From Callorhinchus milii (Eukaryota), in assembly GCF_018977255.1 (NCBI RefSeq), contig NW_024704743.1, positions 7,814,001-7,878,000 of the forward strand: a stretch of 64,000 nt of DNA, given 5' to 3'. Made by a program: the position numbers and the translations under genes. A model generated the notes under the pieces. It was not told the origin of the DNA. It searched no databases and saw only the letters and a list, made by a program, of their open reading frames with translations. How positions within the stretch are numbered: the first letter of the stretch is position 1; every line of letters begins with the position of its first letter. Positions 51,009 to 62,563 of the stretch are shown piece by piece.

Positions 51009-52637
51009 GATGACTGACTCCATCCTCCAGCAGTGACATTCCCTCGTCTTAAATATATACTGAGATCTCTGTGTGTGTGTGTGTATGTGCAAAAATCTTA
51101 GTAGTCTCGCTTGGATACTCTTAAGCATAGAGATGGGTTTCCCCCCCCCGTGACAGACACCTACCTGACCAATAGAAAATCTTAAATTAGTGTCGAACAA
51201 AGGTTACCCGTTAAATATTTGAATAATTCACTTTTTCTGAACTGGTTATTAAAATACTCATTTAAAATACCGATCCAAATAATTTACCTTTACTTCCCTC
51301 ATAGGAATATACCAGCAGGAATACAGCTGACCTCGTCCCATCAAAAACCTATTAAATCTGCCCTTTTAACACAGCAGAGAAACACACTTTTCTGCACTAC
51401 GTTTCACAGAATCTCCACGAAGCAATCTAAATGAATAGTCTTGAACGTCTCAAAACCCTTCACAGGAGTTAAGGGCTGTGAAGTTTGCTGTGTGTTTCAT
51501 AGGCGAATGCAGCAGCTAATGTGTGAACAAGTATTTGCCTAGAAACATCCAGTTTCCAGGCAATCCCTGAGTGACTAATATTTTTTTTATCTGGGGGATT
51601 GTATCCAGGCCATCAAGAGAAAGAAACTCCCTTCTCTCTCGAATAATGCCACGGGATCTTTAACGTCCACCTAAACAGGCAAACATCTCATCCGAAGGAC
51701 GGCACCTCCAACAACGCAACACTGTGTCCGTGTTCGATCGCTGGTGTGTTTCCAGTTTTTTTCTGGATTAAATATTTCTTGATTTATGCCATTAATGAAT
51801 CAGGAAAATCTATTTTCTTGGCCGACCATAACCAGCACAGACACGATGGGCCGAATGGCCTCCTTCTGTGCTGTGTAATTCCATGATAAAGGTTTGCCAC
51901 CACTGGAACTAGACTACGTGAGTTCATATCGAATCAGTGTGCACGTAATGTGTGTACGCACAGGTTAGTTTCAATTTATACCATTTTAGGTCTGAATTAC
52001 CAGTAATAGTAAGCCAGGCTAAACATCCAGAGAGCGTTCAATATATTTGAGGATACTGTACTCTAAATGCATTGAATCTTATGTCCTAAAATGTGGTTAT
52101 TATTACAAAGATCAGGTCCTCGCAAAATGATTTATTGCCCAACGTCATATTGATGTAGCACTGCTGCCTCACGAAACGGTTTACCTCTAAACAACAATCA
52201 ATAGCAGCAGAGAGAAGTACCTCAAGGGGAATCTCACATACTGTTGGGGATCTGCAGTCAAACCTTAAAGGTCAAATGACAAAGGCTTTGTTTTCCCTGA
52301 TAAGACACATCTCCTGCATTTCGGCATCTCAATGCTCCCTGTATTTATTACCGTCATTATTTGCCATTGGATAAAAGTCAAGGTAAGCAAATTTCTGCTC
52401 ACTTATCAGTCAATTCTGTAACAATTTTGCCATGTGAAGTATACAAAGGAATGATTTGTTATATAATCTGATCGTTTTTTTGCCTGCTATATCAAGATGC
52501 CAAATTCTGTTCCTATGAAATTCATTGGGGACAGGAGCACTAACAGGAGTAAAAATTCTGTTCAGCATTACAGACAGCGCTTTCACCGATACTCAATGGG
52601 AAATACTGTTTAGCACTCAATATCGCCAAACGTGATG

Positions 52638-53024
52638 ATAATAATAATAATCCTTGCATTTGATATAGCGCCTTATCATGTCGTTGAGACATCTCAAAGC
52701 ACTTCACAGAATATACTGTAAAGTGAAATGACCATATATTTTGTGGGAAAAACGTGGCAGCCAATTGCTCCCAGCTTTGTCCCACAAACATTTGTGGATT
52801 GAGTGCGTGACCAAATTATTGCTATTATTTAATTAATTAATTTTTTAAAAGGGATTATTACCCCCACAAAAGCAATCCGCCAATCGACTAATAACCGGGT
52901 TCCTACTTACTGCTAGGTAAACAGAGGTGTGTGGAAACTTGCCTAAGGTTTCGCCCTGCCCAGGAATCGAACCAAGGTCCACTGGCTCCTGAGGCGAGTT
53001 GCTCTAAATCAATATGCTACAGGA
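52638..53024 (-). mobile_element. tRNA-Ala-derived SINE, long form
   Basis: Family head/body/tail on minus strand. Confidence 0.85.
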
Positions 53025-53237
53025 TGATACATTTCTCATGGTCTTTGAAATTAAGGCCTTTGCCCTAAAATAAATTCGGTTTAATTTTGGTAGCTGCCAT
53101 CTGCAATTCATAAATCAAATCAACAGTAAGCGGATGAGAAATACCAATCCTCTGCTGACTCACAATGTTTTCTGTCGCTCCTTTGTTGTCCTGTTGTTTC
53201 AGCTCCATGCCTATAAACGTAACCACATAAGGTTGGG

Positions 53238-53555
53238 GAGTCCTGTAGCTCAGTGGTTAGAGCACTCGCCTTGCAAGGGAGAGACCTGGGTTCAATTCCA
53301 GGCAGGTCAGAGCGAAACCTTGGGCAAGTTTCCTTACGCTACACGTCTAATAATAATCCCTCCAAAAACAACAATAATAAATTGGTCAAATGAATCCACG
53401 ACTGTTTGTGGGACACTGCTGTGCGCAATTGGCTGCTGCGTTTTGCCCACAAAATATACAGTCAATTCATTCTACAGCACATTCTGTGAAGCGCTTTGAG
53501 ACATCTAGAAGATGTGAAAAGCGCTATATCAAATGCAAGGTTATTATTATTATTA
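53238..53555 (+). mobile_element. tRNA-Ala-derived SINE, short form
   Basis: GAGTCCTGTAGCTCAGTGGTTAGAGCACTCGCCTTGCAAGGGAGAGACCTGGGTTCAATTCC; intact A and B boxes. Confidence 0.9.
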
Positions 53556-54037
53556 AGGATTCTGAATATTAGTAATTTGATCGTTAGTTGCTACTAATCA
53601 CTTTCCAACTTTACTAATAAAAATGGCAATTTAAAACATTAAACAACATGTGAAATAGAAGATAGTGACTGGGGATCTAACAGAGAATTTAGGAGGCGCT
53701 CTGGTGTCACAGACAAGTCCTTGGGAATCAACTCACAGATGGTTACCCATCGCAGAGCCGCACTTCAGCAACAACAACAGCAAATTACATTTGTGTAGTG
53801 CCCTTCATGTTAGGAGGATGTCCCAAAGCGCTGGACAGTTAGGGATCCGCACCTGAGTTGGGGGTTGAGATCAAGAGGGTTGGAGGGTGGGGAGGGGAGG
53901 GGTAGGAGGATGACTGAAAGCACGGACCTATCAGCCTTATAGGTTCTTATGCCCAAGTGCAAATGGGGCTGTCATGCCGCTATTTACCCACTTGAGCAGA
54001 CACACTCCACAGCTTCACTTGACACATGGTGGTAAAT

Positions 54038-55045
54038 CCGGGGAGTCTGGAGCCAGGATGGCCAGGAAGCCTGGGGAGAGGATAGCGGGGAGCCTGGGGA
54101 GAGGATAGCGGGGAGCCTGGGGAGAGGATAGCGGGGAGCCTGGGGAGAGGATAGCGGGGAGCCTGGGGAGAGGGGCGGGAGCCTGGGGAGAGGATAGCCG
54201 GGGAGCCTGGGGAGAGGATAGCGGGGAGCCTGGGGAGAGGATAGCGGGGAGCCTGGGGAGAGGATAGCGGGGCCTGGGGAGAGGATAGCCGGGGAGCCTG
54301 GGGAGAGGATAGCGGGGAGCCTGGGGAGAGGATAGCCGGGGAGCCTGGGGAGAGGATAGCCGGGGAGCCTGGGGAGAGGATAGCCGGGGAGCCTGGGGAG
54401 AGGATAGCCGGGGAGCCTGGGGAGAGGATAGCCGGGGAGCCTGGGGAGAGGATAGCCGGGGAGCCTGGGGAGAGGATAGCCGGGGAGCCTGGGGAGAGGA
54501 TAGCGGGGAGCCTGGGGAGAGGATAGCCGGGGAGCCTGGGGAGAGGATAGCCGGGGAGCCTGGGGAGAGGATTGCCGGGGGGTCTGGGGAGAGGATAGCC
54601 GGGGAGCCTGGGGAGAGGATAGCCGGGGAGCCTGGGGAGAGGATAGCCGGAGAGCCTGGGGAGAGGATAGCCGGGGAACCTGGGGAGAGGATAGCCGGGG
54701 AGTCTGGGGAGAGGATAGCCGGGGAGTCTGGGGAGAGGATAGCCGGGGAACCTGGGGAGAGGATAGCCGGGGAGTCTGGGGAGAGGATAGCCGGGGAGTC
54801 TGGAGAGAGGATAGCCAGGGAGTCTGGAGAGAGGATAGCCGGGGAGTCTGGAGAGAGGATAGCCGGGGAGTCTGGGGAGAGGATAGCCGGGGAGTCTGGA
54901 GAGAGGATAGCCGGGGAGTCTGGAGAGAGGATAGCCGGGGAGTCTGGAGAGAGGATAGCCAGGGAGCCTGGGGAGAGGATAGCCGGGGAGTCTGGGGAGA
55001 GGATAGCCGGGGAGTCTGGATGTCAGGATAGCTGGGGAGCTTGGA
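54038..55045. repeat. G-rich minisatellite, 24-bp unit, about 40 copies
   Basis: Unit GGGGAGCCTGGGGAGAGGATAGCC with variants GAGTCT and GGAGAGAGG. Confidence 0.97.
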
Positions 55046-56089
55046 GGACGGGATGGCTGCTCTCACAGCCAAAATGCTGGTGAGGTTCTTGGCATCCACC
55101 CGGCAGCCACCTTCACCCTGAACTCGGGGGCCACAAGCAACCGCGGCGATACCAGCGTTCAGATGATACCGGTATGGCAGAGGGTGGCAAAGCCTTTTTG
55201 CAATGTTTGATGCTTGTCCCCCATGAACCGCTGCCCTCCTTTTCCCATGAAAATCCTGAACCCTTACACTATTTTGTAAGTGAACCTGACAGTCAGTTTG
55301 CAAGCAGCCATGTGAGTGAGTGGCCAATTTTATTTGGCCAGGACACCGGGAGAAACTCCCTTTTTTTTTCCAAACAGTGCGGTGGGATTTTGAACGTATA
55401 TATCCAACTTATACCTGTTTCAATATATATCCAGGAACTGAATTTCCTGATAATCACGGGCAGATTCTATTGATATCAAATTCCCTGCAACAACCACATT
55501 CCAATCTTCTTGTTAAATATCATTGAAGCTTTTACGGCACAGAGCACAGAGTATTCTTCAGGTTACAAACAGTGACTGCCAGGATAGAATGACCTTTTGC
55601 TTCCCTCCATATGCACACCAAACAGAGCCTGTGTACAGACACCTGAGAAGGAATTCAATGCCACCGTTGGTCTTCATTCATGTGCTTCATGCCATCTGAA
55701 CCCTTGATTGTCTGACATTGTTACACTATCTTGTTGTGACTACACTATCATTTACTGTTAAACACGACTAAACAGCGACATTTACAAGTGGAATCCAAGC
55801 TCAGGTGAAGGAAGAACACTCAAGTAGTTTGTTTTAAAAAAGGGTTTAAAAATCCTGCCAAAGTTATTATCCTTGCTGTTGAATCGGTTGAGAAGCGTCA
55901 CAATTTCCAGGCAAGACCTAGAGACGAGCTGTGAAGCCCACCCTAACCTGCCTTCCCCCAGCTTCAACAGTAACAACAATTTGTCATTTATATTGTGTCG
56001 TTCACGTCGGGAGGATGCTTCATAGTGCTTCACAGACCACTGGGGGCCCAACTGGGTGCGGGGGGAGGGACGGGGAGAGGGATTTTTGT

Positions 56090-56190
56090 TTGGTCAGCCG
56101 GGTGTCTGACGCACGCGGAAACCCACCACCGTGCTTAAGAGCATCCATATCAGATGGGACTGTTTCCCTCCATACTCCAGACTGACTTCA
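56090..56190 (-). repeat. Family X repeat 3' end
   Basis: TTTGGTCAGCCGGGTGTCTGACGCACGCGGAAACCCACCACCGTGCTTAAGAGCATCC. Confidence 0.75.
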
Positions 56191-56599
56191 GGCTCCAATC
56201 GTTGAACCAAATACAAAGAATTTACAATTATACAGAACCTCTCACGACAGAAGGACGTCTCAAAACGCTTTACAGTGGTAGTGGTGGAAAGGAACCGGGG
56301 GAAGGGGAGGGGGGGGGGAAGGGCCACAGTCTTTAGTAAGATTAATCCTTAACAAATTTGATATTAGAACAAACCGGAGGGGGGGGGGGTGTTGAGTGGG
56401 GGAGGCGGTGTTGCGGGGGTGGGGGGTGTTGGGGGTGAGTGGGTGTTGGGGTTGGGGGCGGGGGGGCATTGGGGGGGATCCGATTCTCACATTGAAGCAG
56501 GCCTGAGAAAACCTCTGAAATTACACCTTGTCTCAGCATGCAAGACCATTTTGCCTTAAAAATTACTAGGAATTGCGAAAATTCATAAATTCACAGGCC

Positions 56600-57265
56600 T
56601 TTCCCTCTCCCCCAGCCCCTGCTCTCCCCCTCCCCCAGCCCCTGCTCTCCCCCTCCCCCAGCCCCTGCTACCCCCCTCCCCCAGCCCCTGCTACCCCCTC
56701 CCCCAGCAGCTGCTCTCCCCTCCCCCAGCCCCTGCTTTCCCTCTCCCCCAACCCCTGCTACCCCCTCCCCCAACCCCTGCTACCCCCTCCCCCAGCCCCT
56801 GCTCTCCCCCTCCCCCAGCCCCTGCTCTCCCCCTCCCCCAGCCCCTGCTCTCCCTCTCCCCTGCTCTCCCTCTCCCCGCTCTCCCTCTCCCCGAGCCCCT
56901 GCTCTCCCCCCCCCAGCCCCTGCTACCCCCTCCCCCAGCCCCTGCTCTCCCTCTCCCCCAGCCCCTGCTCTCCCCCTCCCCCAGCCCCTGCTCTCCCCCT
57001 CCCCCAGCCCCTGCTCTCCCTCTCCCCTGCTCTCCCTCTCCCCGAGCCCCTGCTCTCCCCCTCCCCTGCGCTCCCTCTCCCGAGCCCCTACTCTCCCCGT
57101 CCCCCAGCCCGCTCTCCCCCTCCCCCAGCCCCTGCTCTCCCTCTCCCCTAGCCCTCCCTCTCCCCAAGCCCCTGCTCCCCCCTCCCCCAGCCCCTGCTCT
57201 CCCCTCCCCCAGCCCCTGCTCTCCCCTCCCCCAGCCCCTGCTCTCCCCTCCCCCAGCCCCTGCTC
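56600..57265. repeat. C-rich minisatellite, ~22-23-bp unit (G-rich on minus strand)
   Basis: Unit CCCCCAGCCCCTGCTCTCCCCCT with variants. Confidence 0.97.
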
Positions 57266-57929
57266 TTCTGACCCCCCCCCCCCCCACCTAAACCCCCACT
57301 GCAAGTTAACACACTGACTTTAAGAGTTGAGCACAAAGCTGCTAGACCTTCATCTGAAGACCAGGTGGTTTAACAGGTTAAGACCAGGTGGAATCTCAGG
57401 AAGTCAAGTGTTTTGAGAACGAAAATATGATCAACGTTTCTGCCTCAGAAAAACATTCGCAATATATATATATGATGCATAAACATCTCAAAAAAATTGT
57501 TCAGGGATTGGGAGAGGTCGCAAACATGTTAGCTGATTTGACGCAAACATGGTAGTTTAACAGATTAGTTAAATGTTGATTCCAGTTTCTCTGCTTGCTC
57601 AGCACATCTCAACGAGTCCTCCCCAGAGCAGCCGACTACTAAGTCTCTTAAAGGAGTTCAAATCCGAACCTTGACTTCTACTTGTTGCCAGGCTTCCTCT
57701 GCCTAAACCGGATCATGTGGAAATCTGTAGGTGTGAGGTGGGGGGAATAATCCCTGGGGTATCGCACAAAGAAGCACAGTCAACACTATACAAAGAGGCT
57801 CCTGAATGGACTGTCCAGGGTTCATGATGAAAGATGTCAGGAAGCGTGTGGTTCCCTTGATTATTTTTGGTTGGGGTTGAAGAGAAAGAAATTCTAATTC
57901 TACTACTAATCTTGTATTTGACAGTCCTT

Positions 57930-58340
57930 TCCAAGCTCCACTTGCTCCCTCTCGCAAAATGGATCGATTTCAAGATCCTCACACTCACCTACAAATCACT
58001 TCATGCCCTGGCACCTATGTACTTCTCCGATCTGCTTACACCCCACTCCTCTACCCGCTCTTCGCTCAGACAGCTTGGGCCTTTTGCACGTCCCTCAAAC
58101 CTTTCGCTTCACCATCGGCAGTTGTGCTTTCAGCCACTCCATCCGGAACCTTTGGAACTCCCTGCCCTAATCCCTCTGCCTTGCCCGTGTTTGCCTGTCT
58201 TCAGATCAGACTCGTAGACCACTCTCTTCCCCCATTGCCTCTACCTTCTCTCCTGCTTTGTATCAAACTCCTAACATTGTTAGGCGCTCTATGACTCTAC
58301 CCCACATGAAGGGCGCTGTACAATGGTAAGTTGTTATTGA
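57930..58340 (+). mobile_element. L2 LINE 3' fragment
   Basis: KLHLLPLAKWIDFKILTLTYKSLHALAPMYFSDLL. Confidence 0.8.
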
Positions 58341-60226
58341 TATAGTTCGTTTCAAGTTAGGATGACATCTGGAAGCACTTCACGGGGTTTACTGTAAAGT
58401 ATAGTGACTGTGTATTTTGTAGGTGAATATCAGCATCCAATTTGCGCGCAGCAATGTTCCTGCAAAACAGCTATGAAGCGAATCACCAATTGTGATACAA
58501 ATTTTAAAATGTTTTAACTAATTTAATTGTAAGTTGCACAAATGTAATCTTAGCAATTCTTCCTAAATTTGTGCAGTCATGATACATTTACAGCCTGGCT
58601 CAGTTGGTGGCACTCTCACCATTCTTCGGATGAGGCGTTAAACTGAGGTCCCATCTGTCTGTTGAGGTGGACATTAAAGATCCTGGTGCCTGGCCAACAA
58701 CCCCCCAGATAACATTAGTCATTCACTTCATGGCTGTTTGTGGAACATTGCTGTGCTTACCTATAAAACCATCACACTTCACAGTAAAATCCCATGTAGT
58801 GCTTTGGGACATGCGCCTGATGTGAAACTCACAATGTCAAAATGCAAGAATTATTATTTTAACACTTTACAGATGTTAATTACCCTCTGGGTAAATATAT
58901 ATATATAACACACACTTTAAAAAACACTTTTAAAACAGTAAATACTTGTCAGAAACCCTCGCCATGATATAAACACAGTTTGGGAGTCTGGTTGACACCA
59001 GTGGTTTGCAAACTCTCTCATCCCCTTCCACAAGCTGCCAAGTTCTGGTTTCATAATCTAGCACCAAATGGGCTGAAACTGGCACCACTAATTCATAAAA
59101 CAGCTGCTGTTTTGTTATTTTTTGTTTTTGAAAAAAGACTTGAAAAATAAAGCAACAATACAGTATTTCTTTAATCAGTACAGGTGGCACCTACTCCACT
59201 GAGAACTAACTGGCAGATCAAACTTGAAATAGCTTCTATTTTTTGATGTAGAAATAGTACTTGCAATCCTCAAAGGGCTCATATCCATAAGCTAAGCACA
59301 CTCAAAGTCTGAATAACGTTGCTAATGGCGTTGTGCAATTCTAAGTGAAAGGAACACTTTAATCTCTGTTACACTGAGGCATCACATCCAGTTAATATCA
59401 AGAGAAAACACGTGTGAATGTGAACGCCAACTGAGGCTACGATTGAGGATGGGGGTGGGGAGGGGGAGGGGGGTAGTTTCCCAGTCGAACGTCCAATAGT
59501 GAAACCACTCCACTCCCTGATTGCCTCATTGTGTCTGTAGATAAAACTCGTTTGTTTTTTCTCAAGGTAAACCATTCTTCCCAGGGTTCAGATGAATCAT
59601 TTCCCAGAAACTAAATTAAACAAAACGAAATGAAATGGCCCTTCATTCTTTAGATAACTGAAAGGCTCCAATTTATTACCATGCAAATTCTCTAGTCATC
59701 TCGCTCTTAATTATGTAAAAATCTCTCTCCCCTTTGGCACTTGACCTTTAATTTGAAATGAATCGAAATGAAAAGATTTACGTAATGTTGGCCAGTATGA
59801 GATTGCATTTATTCATCAGAACAGTCTATAAAATACACACTTTCACTGAATGGATAATAGTAAAAAAANTACTTGTGCATTTGACCCAGCACCTTTCACA
59901 TTCGGAGGATGTCTCAAAGCACTTCACAGGGTTATACTGTAAAGTGTGGTGACTGTATTTTGTAGGCGAATACGGCAGCCAATTTGACAAGTACCACATG
60001 CAGACTAGGAGATCTAACTAGTCTAACTAGTGGAGGGGAACCTCAGCAGGATTTTTAATGGTCCTTCAGCCCATGTGATCTCATCCCTCAGGAACACTCC
60101 ACAGTTACTGACCGCAGCACTGATGCTTCATGTCTTTGTGAGCTCCTTAATTACAGTGTGCATAGTGGAACCAAACCCTTGCACTAAGCATTAAAAGTTA
60201 CTGTCCCCATTGGTGTGGCTCTCCTT

Positions 60227-61761
60227 GCTTTACAAAGCATTTTATTTTTAAAAAATGAAAGGCTTCTCAATCCTTAAAGATAAAGAAGCCCTGGAACTCG
60301 TGCGGTAAATGGATTTTCTTTGGTCCCCAAGGCTTGGCTGTTGCCAACCTGCACCCAATACTCTGCAATTAGGTAAGCAGAGTGTATCTCTCCAGGGAGA
60401 GAGTGTGCATTCCATTCCAGACACAGGGAAATGTCCCTGTGGCAGTGGCACACATATGTGGAACTTTCAGTCTGACTTGTATACTGTTAAGTAAGGTGAT
60501 GGGTTTCCTGGCAAGAGAGGGCAGACTAGTCACTGAGGCAGGGATTCTTCCTATTTGGCCCTTTAACCCCACAAGTTAAAACCTAGGGGATAGGGTGGTC
60601 TTAGCTGGGCAAGCAGCAAGAAGCCCCTCATTTCCTCAATAGCAAGCTGCACAGTTTCAGCTAGTTCAATTTCAGCCATGCACACTCTGTGATCCCCAAA
60701 CCTTGACTCTTGCCAACCTGTGCCTGAACTCACAGGAATAGGTGAGCAGGGTGCGTCCCTCCAGGGAGACAGAACACACCCCATTGCCAGACACATGGAA
60801 ACCACACATATGTAAAACTCTCAGTCAAGTCCTGTAGCTCAGTGGTTAGAGCACTCGCCTCGCAAGCGAGAGACCTAGGTTTGATTCCCAGCAGGGCAAA
60901 ACTTGGGCAAGTTTCCTTACTCCACACGCCTCTGTTTACCTCGCACTAAGTAGGAACCCGGTTGTCAGTTAATTGGAAGATTGCTTTCATGGGGGTAATA
61001 ATTCCTTAAAAAAAATTGGTCACTCAATCCATGACTGTTTGTAGGACACTGCTGTGCGCAATTGGCTGCGAAACGCGGCAGCCAATTGCGCACAGAAATG
61101 TCCACAAGTTCTTGGTTTTGCAGGCGAGATTACAAATGTTTCTCATAAATCCTCATAAAAAGCACATTGAGGGAGGTTCACTAGGCATTCCGTCTCCTTA
61201 ATGCTGCTGCTTTATCAGTGTTTTCAACTGCAGACCTGTGACATTCATCACTGCCCAGTCCAGCAGCTTTAATTTCAAGCAGGAAAGGGAAGTCACGTCC
61301 TGTGGCCCAAGAGAATAATAAGGAAAATCCCTTAAAGGGGCAGAATCCTCAGCAATTTCTCCCCACTGGATTACCTGGAATACCCATTGCTACTTCAGTA
61401 CAGGATAACAGCTCAACTATACAGCCAATTGTTTCTGTATTACCCTGCAGTCTCTCTGTTTTGTATGGCCCCAAAAATTGGCTTTATAAAGCATTTTATT
61501 TTTAAAAAATGAAAGGCTTCTCAATCCTTAAAGATAAAGAAGCCCTGCAACGTGTGCGGTAAATGGATTTTCTTTGGTCCCCAAGGCTTAGCTGTTGCCA
61601 ACCTGCACCCAATACTCTGCAATTAGGTAAGCAGAGTGTATCCTCCATGGAGAGAGTGTGCATTCCATTCCAGACACAGGGAAATGTCCATGTGTCAGTG
61701 GCACACATATGTGGAACTTTCAGTCTGACTTGCATACTGTTAAGTAAGATGATCGGTTTCC
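60227..61761 (+). repeat. Direct duplication of ~280 bp (60227-60508 and 61481-61761)
   Basis: Both copies begin GCTTTA(C/T)AAAGCATTTTATTTTTAAAAAATGAAAGGCTTCTCAATCC and stay near-identical to ...GGTTTCC. Confidence 0.92.
60827..61107 (+). mobile_element. tRNA-Ala-derived SINE, long form, 3' end replaced by a fold-back
   Basis: Intact head and body, then CTGTGCGCAATTGGCTGC-GAAACGCG-GCAGCCAATTGCGCACAG. Confidence 0.85.
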
Positions 61762-62307
61762 ACATGTCAGACACCCGGCTGACCAAAACAATGCAACACA
61801 GCACAGTTCTTGGACAGTATGTTCGGCATCAGACTGTGTGGTATATTTACAACAACAACTTGCATTTATATAGTGCCCTCCACAGGGTAGTCTAAGAGCG
61901 CTTAACAGTGGCAGAGCCTGACTCTGAGCCCGGGTGTGGGGGAGGGGGGGGGACAGGACGCGGGGAGGTGATCATAATCACGGTCTAGAAGGAAGGTTTT
62001 CAGGCGGGAGTTGAAAAAGGAGAGTATTTACCCACTATTAGAGGGGCCCTTTGGCTCAGCAGCATTCATTTTTATTGATAAGCTGCATTTCCCATTCTTC
62101 AGTTTACACTTTTTTTAAATTAAAAAAGTGCATCTAAATCCACATCATCCCCTTTTTGGCTGCACAGGTCACAAAGTGTGTTGGGCATCAGCAGTGCCCT
62201 GGAATACTGTGGACCCACCTGGCTCAGGAACCGGACTACTGAGACCGCCACAGAGGGCTGGCTTGATTCAATCATTCCTTTACCAAACGTGTCACCTTGG
62301 AACCAAT

Positions 62308-62563
62308 TAATAATAATAATCCTTGCATTTGATATAGCGCTTTTCACGTCGGGAGGACGTCCCAAAGCGCTTCACAGAGTACACTGTAAATTGAATTGAC
62401 TGTATATTTGTGGGCAAACGCGGCAGCCAATTGCGCACAGCAATGTCCCACAAACAGTCGTAGATTGAAAATGACCAATTTATTATTGTTTTGGGTTTTG
62501 GAGGATTATTATTAGGCGTGTGGAGTAAGGAAACTTGCCCAAGGTTTCGCCCTCTGCCTGGAA
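62308..62563 (-). mobile_element. tRNA-derived SINE, short form, head truncated
   Basis: Body and tail as in the 38690-39010 copy, with the CTCCC loop variant. Confidence 0.85.

Noticed and set aside
53984..55327. 447-aa minus-strand ORF (PRLSSPQT repeats)
   Set aside because: Translation of the 24-bp minisatellite; the peptide changes register wherever units lose a base, and the flanks show no protein similarity.
56573..57304. Pro-rich and Gly-rich ORFs on both strands
   Set aside because: By-products of a stop-free C-rich minisatellite.
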